A stretch of DNA of 64,000 nucleotides, taken from Nannocystis bainbridge. Its GTDB lineage: Bacteria; Myxococcota_A; Polyangia; Nannocystales; Nannocystaceae. Every line of letters starts with the position of its first letter. Positions within the stretch are counted from its first letter, which is position 1. Below, piece by piece: positions 1 to 9,731 of the stretch. The stretch spans positions 2,400,001-2,464,000 of the forward strand of contig NZ_JAQNDL010000003.1 of assembly GCF_028368995.1 (NCBI RefSeq), given 5' to 3'. The translations under genes were made by a program, and so were the position numbers. The notes below the pieces were generated by a model, which ran no database searches, was not told the DNA's origin, and saw nothing but the letters and a program-made list of their open reading frames with translations.

Positions 1-2
1 TG

Positions 3-1625
3 CGCGCCGCGGACCTTGCCGGTGGTCACGCCGATGACGCCGACCTGCGCGCCGCCGACCTCCTTACTGACGTTGACGGGGGCTATCTGGGCGCCGCCGA
101 CCGAGCGGGCCCAATTGACGCCGCCCGCGGCCTGGACCCCGCGCATGTGCCCGCGCAGGACGTTGACGCCGGCGGCCGCCTGGACGCCGCGGCCGTCGCC
201 GCCGACGCTGTTGAAGCCGGCCGCGCCCTGGACCCCGCGCATGTCGCCGCGCACGAGGTTGAAGCCGGCGGTCGACTGGAAGCCGTGCACGCCGCCGCCG
301 ACGTAGTTGAAGCCGGCCGCCAGCTGGACCCCGCGCACCCGCTCGTCGACCCAGTTGGCGCCGCTGGCGATCTCGACGCCGTCGATCACCGCGGCGCGAC
401 CGACGATGAGGTTGAGCGAGAAGTGGTTGATGACCTTGCGCGTCTTCTCGAGCTTGTTGGTGGTCAGCGGATAGACGAAGCCGAACTGGACCGGAATGAC
501 GCGGTACTGCGACGGATCGATCGGGACCTCGTCGCCGCGCATGGTGGTCATCTCGGCGCCGACCGAGGTCAGCGCCGCGCGCGTCAGCTCGTTCTGCACC
601 CCCGGCCGCACGTCGACGGTCCCGCGCCACTTGTTCGCGCCGTCGTCGATGACGACCGAGTAACGCCCGGGCTCGAGCGCCAGCGACACCGCGCCGGCGC
701 CGACGCCCTTGTAGAGCTCGGCCGCGAGCCGACCGTCGCTGTCGCGCACGTAGACCCGCCCGCCGATGCTCGAGTGAATGTCGAGCGTCGCGGTGGTCTC
801 ACGCAGGTCGGTCATCACGAGGTCGCCGGTCCCGACCAGCTGGATGTCGTAGACGGGGTGCTGCGCGCGCCCCAGCGTGGTCTCGGTGCCCGCCAGCGTC
901 TCGTCGAAGGCGAACCGATACGCCTCGTGCAAGGTGACCCGGCGATCGCGATTGACGTCGGCCGCGCCGCGCAGGCCCGACACTAGATAATGCGTGAAGT
1001 AGGAGCCGCCGATCCGGTCCGACTCCTGCGCGGCCTCCTCGGCGGAGCTCGAGGTGAGGAAGGCGTGACCCTGGATGTTGGCGTCGCCGGTCGACAGCGG
1101 CGGCCGCATCTTGCCGCCCTTGAGCCGCACGAACGCGCCCGAGGAGCACGAGTCGAGCAAGCCGAGGCGGACCTGGGCGTCGACGGCGTGGATGAGGCCG
1201 CGCAACCTGGGATAGTCGACCTGCGAGGTCCCGAGGTGCACGCCGCGATCGTCGGCGTGGCCGGAGTAATAAAAGAGGAACTGCACGCGCTCGCCGGCAG
1301 CCCGGGCCCTGGCGACGCGATCCTGGGCCCAGCGAAAGCCGTCGAGGAACTGCGTGGGGGACGGATCGATCAACACAAAGGCGTCCCGCCGATCGATGCC
1401 GCCGACGTCGGCGAGCACGCGCGAGAGGGCCTTGGCGTCGCTGCCGGCGTAGCGCAGCTTGACCCGCCCGGGCCCGCCGTCGTTGGCGCCGACGATCAGG
1501 GCGACCCGCCGCGTTTGCGGCTGCGGCACCGGCACGGCGGCCGCGTCGTCGTACACGGGCTCGCGCGGCGCGACTTCCAGCGCGCTGCCGAGCGCGAGCG
1601 CGGCCAGGCTAATCAGGGCGATCAT
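3..1625 (-). CDS. Caspase-family (peptidase C14) protein with N-terminal signal and C-terminal Gly-rich surface repeats; runs off left edge
   Basis: Not in ORF track (no stop in window). Hand translation from ATG 1625, overlapping the upstream stop as ATGA: MIALISLAALALGS...RVALIVGANDGG...FLFYYSGHAD (His)...LLDSCSSG (Cys). C-terminus has repeated GVQAAAGVN / GLQSTAGFN / GAQVG units. Confidence 0.85.
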   Translation of the reverse strand, partial: MIALISLAALALGSALEVAPREPVYDDAAAVPVPQPQTRRVALIVGANDGGPGRVKLRYAGSDAKALSRVLADVGGIDRRDAFVLIDPSPTQFLDGFRWAQDRVARARAAGERVQFLFYYSGHADDRGVHLGTSQVDYPRLRGLIHAVDAQVRLGLLDSCSSGAFVRLKGGKMRPPLSTGDANIQGHAFLTSSSAEEAAQESDRIGGSYFTHYLVSGLRGAADVNRDRRVTLHEAYRFAFDETLAGTETTLGRAQHPVYDIQLVGTGDLVMTDLRETTATLDIHSSIGGRVYVRDSDGRLAAELYKGVGAGAVSLALEPGRYSVVIDDGANKWRGTVDVRPGVQNELTRAALTSVGAEMTTMRGDEVPIDPSQYRVIPVQFGFVYPLTTNKLEKTRKVINHFSLNLIVGRAAVIDGVEIASGANWVDERVRGVQLAAGFNYVGGGVHGFQSTAGFNLVRGDMRGVQGAAGFNSVGGDGRGVQAAAGVNVLRGHMRGVQAAGGVNWARSVGGAQIAPVNVSKEVGGAQVGVIGVTTGKVRGA

Positions 1626-2410
1626 GGCGACACCTTCTCGACCAAAAACGAGGACTGAGCCCAGCCCGCGGGCAACTGCAGCGGGCGCGTGGTGGCGTCG
1701 GTGAACGCCGCGATCGTCTTGAGCTCGGCGACCACCCGCGAGGCGTCGAGCGGCCCGTTGGCGGTCACGAACACGAACCGCTCGAAATTCGGGGCGGCGT
1801 CGAGCTCGTAAGCCTGGGCCAGCCGGACCGCGCCGCCCTGGCGCAGCGCCGTCGAACCGCCGGGCTCGCCCGGGAAATGCAGCGTGACCACGCCGGCGCC
1901 GTCGAGCGAGGCGACCACGCCGTGGGTCGCCCCGGCGGCGACGTAGCTGACCTGAAGCACATCCCCGGCGCCGGCCCGCGCCGGCGCCCGCAGCGGCTCG
2001 GCGACCTCGCCGACCTGACGGTGGATCACCAGGTGCGAGGCCAGGCCCTTGATCCGCACGCCGTCGCCGGCCTCCCCCTGGGACATGTCCCCGAGGACAG
2101 ATGGTTCGCCGCTCGGCGCTGCGGGATCGCCCGGGCGCAGCATCACGATCGCCACCGCCGCGGCGGCGACCGCCGTCGGCAGGCCGAACCACACCATGCG
2201 CTGGCGGTTGGCGCGGGCCTCGGCGATGCGCCGCCCGGCTCGCCGCTCGACCTCGGCGGCCACCGCCGCGGCCGGGTGTGCGGCCAGGATCGCCGCGTCG
2301 GAGGCCCGCAGCGCCGCCAGCTCGGCCTCGTCGACCACCCCCGCGCGCTCGCCCGCCGCGATCTGCTCGAGATGCAGCGCCGGCCGCTGCCTGGTGCCCT
2401 TGTCGCTCAT
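1622..2410 (-). CDS. Putative membrane-anchored anti-sigma / ActD-like protein
   Basis: MSDKGTRQ start overlaps the sigma-factor stop (ATGA); single TM segment (MVWFGLPTAVAAAAVAIVML); C-terminal beta-rich domain (GDVLQVSY...VVTLHFP...YELDAAPNFERFVFV). Confidence 0.7.
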   Translation of the reverse strand: MSDKGTRQRPALHLEQIAAGERAGVVDEAELAALRASDAAILAAHPAAAVAAEVERRAGRRIAEARANRQRMVWFGLPTAVAAAAVAIVMLRPGDPAAPSGEPSVLGDMSQGEAGDGVRIKGLASHLVIHRQVGEVAEPLRAPARAGAGDVLQVSYVAAGATHGVVASLDGAGVVTLHFPGEPGGSTALRQGGAVRLAQAYELDAAPNFERFVFVTANGPLDASRVVAELKTIAAFTDATTRPLQLPAGWAQSSFLVEKVSP

Positions 2411-2889
2411 GCGGCCCCCTCTCGCGCCATCACGCCGGCGCGCAGCGTCCGCAGCCGCTTGCGGACCCCCGAGACCGAGAGCCCGACGCTCTCGGCGACC
2501 TCCTCGAGCGTCATGCCGTCGACGAGGTGCATCACCGCCATCGTGCCCGTCGACACCGGCTCGCGCGCGAACAACTTGTCGAGCACGACCCGCGCGACCC
2601 CGCGGGCCTCGGTGTCGTCGAGCGCGGCGATCTCCATCAGCAGCTCCGACTGCGGGTCCTCGGGCCGCCGCTTGATCGAGCGCAGCTTGTTGAGGCACAC
2701 GTTGGTGGCGATCCGCCACAACAGGCTGCACGCGCCCTTGTCGACCAGGCGCTCGCGGTGCACCAGAAGTTGTACGAAGACATCGTGCATGGCATCCACC
2801 GCCTGCTGCTCGTCGCGCAGCAAGCTCCGGCAACGGCGCAGGACCATCGGTCCGTGGCGCTTGTAGGTGTCCTGGACGTCGATGGCCAT
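2407..2889 (-). CDS. ECF RNA polymerase sigma-70 factor
   Basis: Region 2 (DAMHDVF...LWRIATNVCLN) and region 4 HTH (GMTLEEVAESVGLSVSGVRKRL). Confidence 0.9.
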   Translation of the reverse strand: MAIDVQDTYKRHGPMVLRRCRSLLRDEQQAVDAMHDVFVQLLVHRERLVDKGACSLLWRIATNVCLNKLRSIKRRPEDPQSELLMEIAALDDTEARGVARVVLDKLFAREPVSTGTMAVMHLVDGMTLEEVAESVGLSVSGVRKRLRTLRAGVMAREGAA

Positions 2890-3145
2890 CAGCCCCCGCT
2901 CGCCTCGACCCTCAAACACCGCCCGCAGCTTTGCCTGTCACTGCATCGCCGAACTTTTTTTGCGCGCGAACCCGCACGACCGCCGCCCGCGCCTGCACGG
3001 TCGCTCAGGCGAGCCCCTGTGAGGGACCACCCAGCCCTCCCGGTCGCGCCGCGCGGCATGGCGGGATGATTGTCCAGGCGCACACCGCCTCGCAAGGGCG
3101 CCGCGGACGGTGACACTTCCGCGGCCCCGCGGTGTTCGAGGTCGC

Positions 3146-4477
3146 ATGCCCCGTGACCTCCGCTATCTCACCCCGGCGCTCCTCCTGCTCGCGAGCGCGT
3201 GCAAGGACGAGGACCCCGCGCCAGCCGACGAGACGACTTATTGGCAGCACGTCGCGCCGATCTTCTTCGACCGCTGCGTCGGTTGCCACACTGAAGGAGG
3301 CATCGCGCCGTTCCGCCTCGACAACTATGAGGATGCGAGCACCTGGGCCAGCTCGAGCGCCGCCGCCGTGGCCGCGCGGACCATGCCGCCGTGGCTGCTG
3401 ACCTCGGACGGCAGCTGCGGCGAGTTCCGCGGCTCGATGGCGCTGTCGCAGGAGCAGATCGACACCATCGCCGCGTGGGCCGACGCCGACGCGCCCGAGG
3501 GCGAGCCGCGCACCGACCTCAAGCCGGCCGAGCCGCCGCGGCTCGAGTCGGGCCTCGACCTCGTCACCCCCGAATTCGTGCCGCAGGCCGAAGGCGGCCC
3601 GCTGGCGGCCTTCGACGAGTACCGCTGCTTCTTGCTCGAGCCCGGCCTCGACCGCGACCGCTTCATCACCGGCTACGAGGTCACGCCGGGCAACCCGCAG
3701 CTGGTACACCACGCGCTGGCCATGCCGGTCGACCTCGACGCCGAGTCGTGGCGCGGCGACGGCAGCACCAACCGCGAGGTCATCGAGGCGCTCGACGGCG
3801 ACAGCCCCGACCGCGACGGCTGGCCGTGCTTCAGCGCCGCCGGCGAGGGCGTCTCGGTGACCCAGCAGCCGGTGACCTGGGCCCCGGGCATGGGCTTCGT
3901 CGACTACCCCGCGGGCACCGGCGTGCGCCTGCGGGACACCGACGTGGTGGTCGTGCAGCTCCACTACAACCTCCACGACGGCCCCGGCAGCACCGCCTCC
4001 GACAGCACCCAGGTGCGCCTGCGCCTCGCGGACGAGGTCGAGCGCGAGGGCGTGTTCCTCATGGTCGACCACTTCCTCGACACGCTTTTCTACGGCGAGC
4101 CCGCCGAGCTCCCGCCCGGCCAGGCCGCGGCGAAGTACGAGTCCGAGACGCACATCGGCGACTGGCTGCTCGCCGAGGTCGGCGCCGAGTCGCTCGAGCT
4201 GCACGGCATCTTCCCGCACATGCACGAGCGCGGCCGCAAGTGGCGCGTCACCATGTCCGACGACGCCGGCGAGCAGTGCCTGGGCGACGTCCAGCGCTGG
4301 GACTTCGCCTGGCAGATGTACTACTTCTTCACCGACCCGCCGCGGATCACCAGCAAATCGCACCTCAAGATCAGCTGCGAATTCGACACCAGCGCCGACA
4401 AGGAGCCGATCACCCCCGGCTGGGGCACGCAGAACGAGATGTGCCTGGCCGGCCTGTTCGTCGTCCCGCCGAAGTGA
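3146..4477 (+). CDS. Lipoprotein: N-terminal c-type heme domain plus copper type II ascorbate-dependent monooxygenase-like domain
   Basis: Lipobox LASAC; CVGCH; distal MPP; PHM/DBH-like copper ligands VHH, FPHMH and NEMC. Confidence 0.8.
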   Translation: MPRDLRYLTPALLLLASACKDEDPAPADETTYWQHVAPIFFDRCVGCHTEGGIAPFRLDNYEDASTWASSSAAAVAARTMPPWLLTSDGSCGEFRGSMALSQEQIDTIAAWADADAPEGEPRTDLKPAEPPRLESGLDLVTPEFVPQAEGGPLAAFDEYRCFLLEPGLDRDRFITGYEVTPGNPQLVHHALAMPVDLDAESWRGDGSTNREVIEALDGDSPDRDGWPCFSAAGEGVSVTQQPVTWAPGMGFVDYPAGTGVRLRDTDVVVVQLHYNLHDGPGSTASDSTQVRLRLADEVEREGVFLMVDHFLDTLFYGEPAELPPGQAAAKYESETHIGDWLLAEVGAESLELHGIFPHMHERGRKWRVTMSDDAGEQCLGDVQRWDFAWQMYYFFTDPPRITSKSHLKISCEFDTSADKEPITPGWGTQNEMCLAGLFVVPPK

Positions 4478-4490
4478 CTCCTTTCTAAAA

Positions 4491-4532
4491 TGTCCCCAAG
4501 AGCATGTCCTCAGCGACATGCTCCTTGGGGCA
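4491..4532. repeat. Tandem array of three 14-bp palindromic units (TGTCC-N4-GGACA family)
   Basis: tgtccccaagagca / tgtcctcagcgaca / tgctccttggggca; lies between convergent genes. Confidence 0.85.
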
Positions 4533-4603
4533 TCCAGCGATGACAGAATCGACGACGCGCGGGCCGAGCGCGAACGCACCGGCTCGCGACACGCTCATGT
4601 CCC

Positions 4604-5944
4604 TCAGGCCAGGTTCTCGGGCGAACCGACGCCGCCGAAGCGGGTCGCCAGGGTGCGCACGAACGCGGCCAGCCACGGCTGCATCGCGTCGAGCTCGCGC
4701 TCGATCGTCTTGGAGGTCACCACCACCAGCTCGCTGTCGGTCAGCGCCACCACGCTGGCGGTGCGCGGCGACGCGGCGAAGATCGCGGTCTCGCCGAACA
4801 CGTCGCCGGGGCCGAGCTCGCGCAGCACCACCTTGCCCTGGCCCCCTTTTTTAAACACCTGCAGCGTGCCGGCGCGGACGATGTAGGCCGCCTCGCCGAC
4901 CTCGCCCTCGCGGATCACGAGCTCGCCCGCGGCGACGCTCGTCACCGCGAAGCTGCCGCCGCCGCGCAGCAGCGCCTTGATGTCCTCGATCAGGTCGTCG
5001 ACGCGGGGGTAGCGGTCGGCCGGCTTGAGCGCCAGCGCCTTCATGCAGATCCGCACCAGCTCCGGCGGGAAAGTGATCGCGGCGCCGACGACGACGTCCG
5101 GCGGCGTGACCTCGCCGCGCTGCGCCATCTTCAGCACGCGCTTGGGGTCGGGGTCCTGATAGAGCGGGCGGCCGGTCAGCAGCTCGAACAGCAGGCCGCC
5201 GAGCAGGAACACGTCGGAGCGCTCGTCGAGCGACTTGCGGCGGCCCTGCGCCTGCTCGGGCGACATGTACTCCGGCGTGCCCCAGACGATGTTGTCGGCC
5301 TCCTCCGGGCGCAGCGGCGGCAGGTTCTCGTGCGTCCACACGTCCTCGGCCCCGGCGCGCGGCGGCAGCAGCAGCGCGTTACCCCAGTCCATCACGAACA
5401 CCTGGCCGTAGGCGCCGACCATGACGTTCGCTGTCTTGATGTCGCAGTGCAGCACCCCGCGGCTGTGGGCGAACGCGACGCCGTCGCACACCTTGACGAA
5501 CGCGTCGAGGCGGCGCTGCAGCTGGTCGGGCGTGCGCGGCGGTCGGCCGGCGATCAGCGAGTACAGCGAGCGGCCCTCGATCAGCTTCATCGTGAAGAAG
5601 ATGCCGCCGTCCGGGTCGCGCCCGAGCTCGTAGATCGGGGCGATGTTGGGGTGGTCGAGCTGGCCGGACACCTGGGCCTCGCGGATGAACGCGTGCACCA
5701 GCAGGTAGTACTCGTACGAGCCGGGCTGCAGGGTCTTGAGCGCCATCCGCCGCTGCAGCGACTTGTCGAACGCGACCCGCACCGAGCCGACCCCGCCGGT
5801 AGCGATCACCTCACCGATGCGCAGGTGGTTCATCGCCGCCGGCAGCACCGACTGGACCAGCGCGCGCGTGCGGTCGTCGAGCGCGATCACCTCGCCGTCG
5901 AGCCCGACGACGGTGATCGGGATGTCCACGGTCTCCTCGTCCAT
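4604..5944 (-). CDS. Ser/Thr protein kinase with C-terminal cyclic-nucleotide-binding domain
   Basis: ATGGVG, ALK, HCDIKTAN, DWG, GTPEYMSPE; cNMP domain with FGE...PRTASV. Confidence 0.9.
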   Translation of the reverse strand: MDEETVDIPITVVGLDGEVIALDDRTRALVQSVLPAAMNHLRIGEVIATGGVGSVRVAFDKSLQRRMALKTLQPGSYEYYLLVHAFIREAQVSGQLDHPNIAPIYELGRDPDGGIFFTMKLIEGRSLYSLIAGRPPRTPDQLQRRLDAFVKVCDGVAFAHSRGVLHCDIKTANVMVGAYGQVFVMDWGNALLLPPRAGAEDVWTHENLPPLRPEEADNIVWGTPEYMSPEQAQGRRKSLDERSDVFLLGGLLFELLTGRPLYQDPDPKRVLKMAQRGEVTPPDVVVGAAITFPPELVRICMKALALKPADRYPRVDDLIEDIKALLRGGGSFAVTSVAAGELVIREGEVGEAAYIVRAGTLQVFKKGGQGKVVLRELGPGDVFGETAIFAASPRTASVVALTDSELVVVTSKTIERELDAMQPWLAAFVRTLATRFGGVGSPENLA

Positions 5945-5972
5945 CGCGCGCCACCCTATCACGCGGCTGCGC

Positions 5973-7283
5973 TCATCGCATCCGCTGCAGCTGGTACCGC
6001 AGCTGCCGCAGACCGCCGCGCATGCGGGCCCGCAGGTGCCCGAGGTTGCGCCGCGTCAGCAGCTCGCGCGGCCGCAGGTACACCTCGGCGTTGAACATCG
6101 ACAGCAAGATCCGGTGACGGCGCCAGTTCTTCGCCCCGCGCACCACCCGGAGCCGCGCCGACACCCCCAGCGTCTGCAGCCCGAACGGCTGCGTCAGCGC
6201 GAACAGCAGCGGCTGCCCGCACACCTCGACGTCGGCCGCCGCCCCGCGCACCACCTCGCAGCGCCCGCGCGCCAGGTCGAGGCGCAGCGTGACCTCGAGG
6301 TCGCGCACGTCGATCGTCACCGGAGCCAGCCACGCGCGCAGCAGCCACCTCGGGTAGTGCTCGGCCAGGCGGGTCGCCAGCGTCTGGGCCGCGGCGATCA
6401 GCGCCGGCAGCTCGACCGGCGTCGGCGGGTCGAGCGGGGCCGCGCTCGCGCGCGCGAACGCCTCGTCCCACAGCTTCAGCGCCGGCCGCGAGTCCCACGC
6501 CGCGCCGACCTCGTAGTCATCACCCGGCGCGATCACGTCGAGGCGCAGCCCGAGGTGCTCGAACGCCGCCGCCACGCGCCCTGGCGTGTTGGCGTACGCG
6601 TTCATGTACGCGTTGTCCTCGCACGAGAAGCGGACGAAGCTGGCGATCGGGATCGTCGTCTCGGCGCCGAGGTCGCGATGGTTGGCGATCATGCTGTCGA
6701 CGATCGCCCGCGCCTTTCGCGGCAGCCGCTCGTCACGGTCGGCCTCGCCGCCGTAGCCGGCCAGCGAGAACTGGTTCAGCACCACCTGCGCCGGCCCGAG
6801 GTCGCCGCGGATGATGCGGCAGTCACCGGCGGCGGCCTCGGCGTCGTTGACGTTCACGAGACATGTCCCATCGGCCATGACCGCGAGGACAGAGTCCATC
6901 TGCCCGACCTGATAGCAGTACACCTGCAGCCCCGGGCGCAGGTCGACCAGGGCCCGGTGCGGCAACAGGCGGACGTCGGCGAAGCCGAGGCGGGCGAACG
7001 CCTGCGGCATCTTGTCCGTCGGCATCTGCTGGAACAGCACCGTGACGCGGCGCTTGAACGCCGGCGGCAGGTCGCGCAGCGTCGGCAGGTGGAAGTGGTC
7101 GGGGTGCTCGTGCGAGACCCACAGATAATCGACCTGCTCGAGCCACGCCGCGTCCCACACCGGAGGCGTCACCAGCGACCACGAGTTATTAAAAACCTTG
7201 CCGCCGAGCCATGGGTCGGTCCAGATCGTCGCCCCCCCGGCCTCGATCAGCAGCGACGCGTGGGCCACCAGGCGCAGCTTCAT
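5973..7283 (-). CDS. MBL-fold metallo-hydrolase (UlaG / CMP-Neu5Ac hydroxylase-like)
   Basis: HASLLIE, TDPW, SHEHPDH, MDS and NVND motifs. Confidence 0.8.
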   Translation of the reverse strand: MKLRLVAHASLLIEAGGATIWTDPWLGGKVFNNSWSLVTPPVWDAAWLEQVDYLWVSHEHPDHFHLPTLRDLPPAFKRRVTVLFQQMPTDKMPQAFARLGFADVRLLPHRALVDLRPGLQVYCYQVGQMDSVLAVMADGTCLVNVNDAEAAAGDCRIIRGDLGPAQVVLNQFSLAGYGGEADRDERLPRKARAIVDSMIANHRDLGAETTIPIASFVRFSCEDNAYMNAYANTPGRVAAAFEHLGLRLDVIAPGDDYEVGAAWDSRPALKLWDEAFARASAAPLDPPTPVELPALIAAAQTLATRLAEHYPRWLLRAWLAPVTIDVRDLEVTLRLDLARGRCEVVRGAAADVEVCGQPLLFALTQPFGLQTLGVSARLRVVRGAKNWRRHRILLSMFNAEVYLRPRELLTRRNLGHLRARMRGGLRQLRYQLQRMR

Positions 7284-7430
7284 CGCCGGCCCCTCCCGCG
7301 ATCGACCGGTCGCACGGCGACCCGGGACGCGATCACGATCTCAGGCCGCTGCATGCCGTCCACGGTCCACGGTAGCAAGCGGCCCCGGTCCTGCCAACCG
7401 CGCCGCGCGCAGGCATGAGGTCCGCGGGCC

Positions 7431-8078
7431 TCACCCGCCCAGATCGAGCTCGCCGAGGTGCTGCGTGGCGTTCTGGACCTGGATGTCCCATCGGCCATCC
7501 GCGCGGTGGCGCAGGCGATAGAGCCCGGCCAGCGACACCGGCAGCGCGATCGCCTCGGCCTGCGGCATGCCGGTGAGCGCCGCGATCACGGCCTTGATCA
7601 CGCCCTTGTGCAGCACCGCGACCACGCGCGGGCTCGCGGGCATGGCCAGGGTCCGGCGCGCGCCGGCCTGCACGCGGTCCCAGAACGCCTGCCGCGACTC
7701 GCCGCCGGGGTAGGTGAAGCCGAGCCCCTCGGCGAGGTAGCGGCCGTGGCCGGTGGGGTCGCGCTCGGCGACCTCGGCGAAGGTGAGGCCCTCCCACGCG
7801 CCGAAATCGACCTCGGCGAACTCGGGCACCACCGTCACCGGCGGGGGCGGCCGCTGACCGCCGGCGACCAGCGACGCCGCGGCCCGCGAGCGCTGCAGCG
7901 GCGACGCCAGCACCGCCGCGAAGGCGGGCTCGGCCGCCAGCGCGACCGCCACGCGCTCGATCTGCTGCAGCCCGAGCGACGACAGCGCCACGTCCGTGGC
8001 CCCGTGGAGGCGGATCGACGACTGGCCGTCGGTCTCGCCGTGGCGGACCAGCACGAGCTCGGCGGGGGCTGTCGACAT
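7431..8078 (-). CDS. Histidine phosphatase (phosphoglycerate mutase family)
   Basis: LVRHGET, SPLQR, EVDFGAWEG, GES and HKG motifs. Confidence 0.9.
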   Translation of the reverse strand: MSTAPAELVLVRHGETDGQSSIRLHGATDVALSSLGLQQIERVAVALAAEPAFAAVLASPLQRSRAAASLVAGGQRPPPPVTVVPEFAEVDFGAWEGLTFAEVAERDPTGHGRYLAEGLGFTYPGGESRQAFWDRVQAGARRTLAMPASPRVVAVLHKGVIKAVIAALTGMPQAEAIALPVSLAGLYRLRHRADGRWDIQVQNATQHLGELDLGG

Positions 8079-8190
8079 GGCGCTCTGGCACCTGGGGTAC
8101 GCCACGTCCGCGGCTGCGTCAACGGCCCGCCGGCGTGCACACGCCGCGCTTGCGGACGCGGCGGCCTCTGACATATAACGAACCCGCGAA

Positions 8191-8913
8191 ATGGCCTCAC
8201 GAACGCCACGGCGCCCGGCTTCGGAGGCTGTTCCAGGTGCGAGCGCACCGCGCCCCGCGGGTGCCGACGGTGCCCGCTCGGAGGCCGAGTCGGGCGGTCG
8301 CCCGGCCGCCGATGCGACCTCGGAGATCGCGCTGCTCGGCGAGGGCGACATCGGCGCGGCCGAGCTGACGCGCCGCCTCGCCGACAACATCCGCACCCTC
8401 CGCAAGGCCCGCGGCTACTCGCTCGACGACATGGCCCGAAGGTCAGGTGTCTCGCGGGCCAGCCTCTCGCAGGTCGAGACCGCCAAGACCAACCCGACGA
8501 TCGCCATCCTGTGGAAGATCGCCGCCGGGCTCGAGGTGCCGTTCTCCGCCCTGCTCGGGGCCGACAAGACCGAGCGCGTCAGCGTGCTGCGCCGCCCCGA
8601 CCAGCGGGTCCTCCGCTCGGCCGACGGCCAGCTCGAGAGCCGCCCGCTCACCCCCGCCGGCACCCTCGGCGGCGTCGAGGTCTACGAGCTGCGCCTGGCC
8701 CCCCGCGCCGTCCACAGCTCCGAGCCCCACGCCCCCGGCACCGGCGAGAGCGTGACCGTCCTGGTCGGCCAGCTGCGCCTGCGCGTCGCCGAGGAGGTCC
8801 ACGACCTCTCCGCCGGCGACACCGCCAGCTTCGCCGCCGACGTCGGCCACAGCTACGAGAACCCGGGCCGCACGCACACGCTGGTCCACAACGTGATCGT
8901 CTACCAGCGCTAG
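8191..8913 (+). CDS. XRE-family HTH transcriptional regulator with cupin domain
   Basis: LRKARGYSLDDMARRSGVSRASLSQVETAKTNPT; cupin with SEPH...E...HSYEN. Start uncertain. Confidence 0.88.
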   Translation: MASRTPRRPASEAVPGASAPRPAGADGARSEAESGGRPAADATSEIALLGEGDIGAAELTRRLADNIRTLRKARGYSLDDMARRSGVSRASLSQVETAKTNPTIAILWKIAAGLEVPFSALLGADKTERVSVLRRPDQRVLRSADGQLESRPLTPAGTLGGVEVYELRLAPRAVHSSEPHAPGTGESVTVLVGQLRLRVAEEVHDLSAGDTASFAADVGHSYENPGRTHTLVHNVIVYQR

Positions 8914-9223
8914 CGATCTGTCCCGCGGGACAGGTTGATTCGCCGGGGCCGCTGCGACCGATCCTCGGGTCATGGACCTCGGGACGACTCGCGTCCGCGA
9001 CGACCTGTCCTCCGGGACAAATCGCTAGCGCTTCGCGTGACCGGGCGGGCAGACTCGCGGTGACCTGTCCTTCGAGACACCTTGTCATCACGAGCGGTCC
9101 CAAGCGCCGGGCCGCGCGCGACCTGTCCCTCAGGTCAGATCATCGCCGAGCGCGCTCGCGGGTCCGCGGCCGGGCCCCGCCGCGCGCGGCACGTCGCCCA
9201 CGACCAACCTGTCCTTCGGGGCA
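8906..9223. repeat. Dispersed 14-bp palindromes plus a 29-bp inverted repeat
   Basis: Units at 8919 (tgtcccgcgggaca), 9006, 9066, 9124 and 9210; 8906-8934 and 9004-9032 are inverted copies (26/29). Confidence 0.8.
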
Positions 9224-9690
9224 TACCCGCTGCGGGCCGCGTCGCGGGCCGCCACCGCCAGCCGATCGCAGCGCTCGTTCTGCGGGTGGCCGCTGTGACC
9301 GCGGACCCAGTGGAAGCGGATCGTGTGCGTCGCCAGGAACCCGTCGAGCGTCTGCCACAGGTCCTGGTTCTTGACCGGCTGGCGGTCGGCGGTGCGCCAG
9401 CCGGCCCGCTTCCACCCCGGCAGCCACTCGGACATGCCCTTTAAAACATATTGCGAGTCGGAGTAGAGGTCGACCGTCATCGGCCGGCGCAGCGCCCCGA
9501 GCCCGCGGATCACCGCCATCAACTCCATGCGGTTGTTGGTGGTGTGCGGCTCGCCGCCCGACTCCTCGCGCTGCTTGGCGCTCGCCGGGTGCTCCAGCAC
9601 GTACGCCCAGCCGCCCGGGCCGGGGTTCCCGGCGCACGCGCCGTCGGTATACAAGAGGACATACGCGAGTCGCGGGTCGTCCGGTTGCAT
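9130..9690 (-). CDS. rnhA: Ribonuclease HI
   Basis: [47 protein letters not shown]. Confidence 0.97.
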   Translation of the reverse strand: MQPDDPRLAYVLLYTDGACAGNPGPGGWAYVLEHPASAKQREESGGEPHTTNNRMELMAVIRGLGALRRPMTVDLYSDSQYVLKGMSEWLPGWKRAGWRTADRQPVKNQDLWQTLDGFLATHTIRFHWVRGHSGHPQNERCDRLAVAARDAARSGYAPKDRLVVGDVPRAAGPGRGPASALGDDLT

Positions 9691-9731
9691 CTGCGACGCA
9701 AGCTACCCGACCCGCGCCCCGCTGCCAACCT

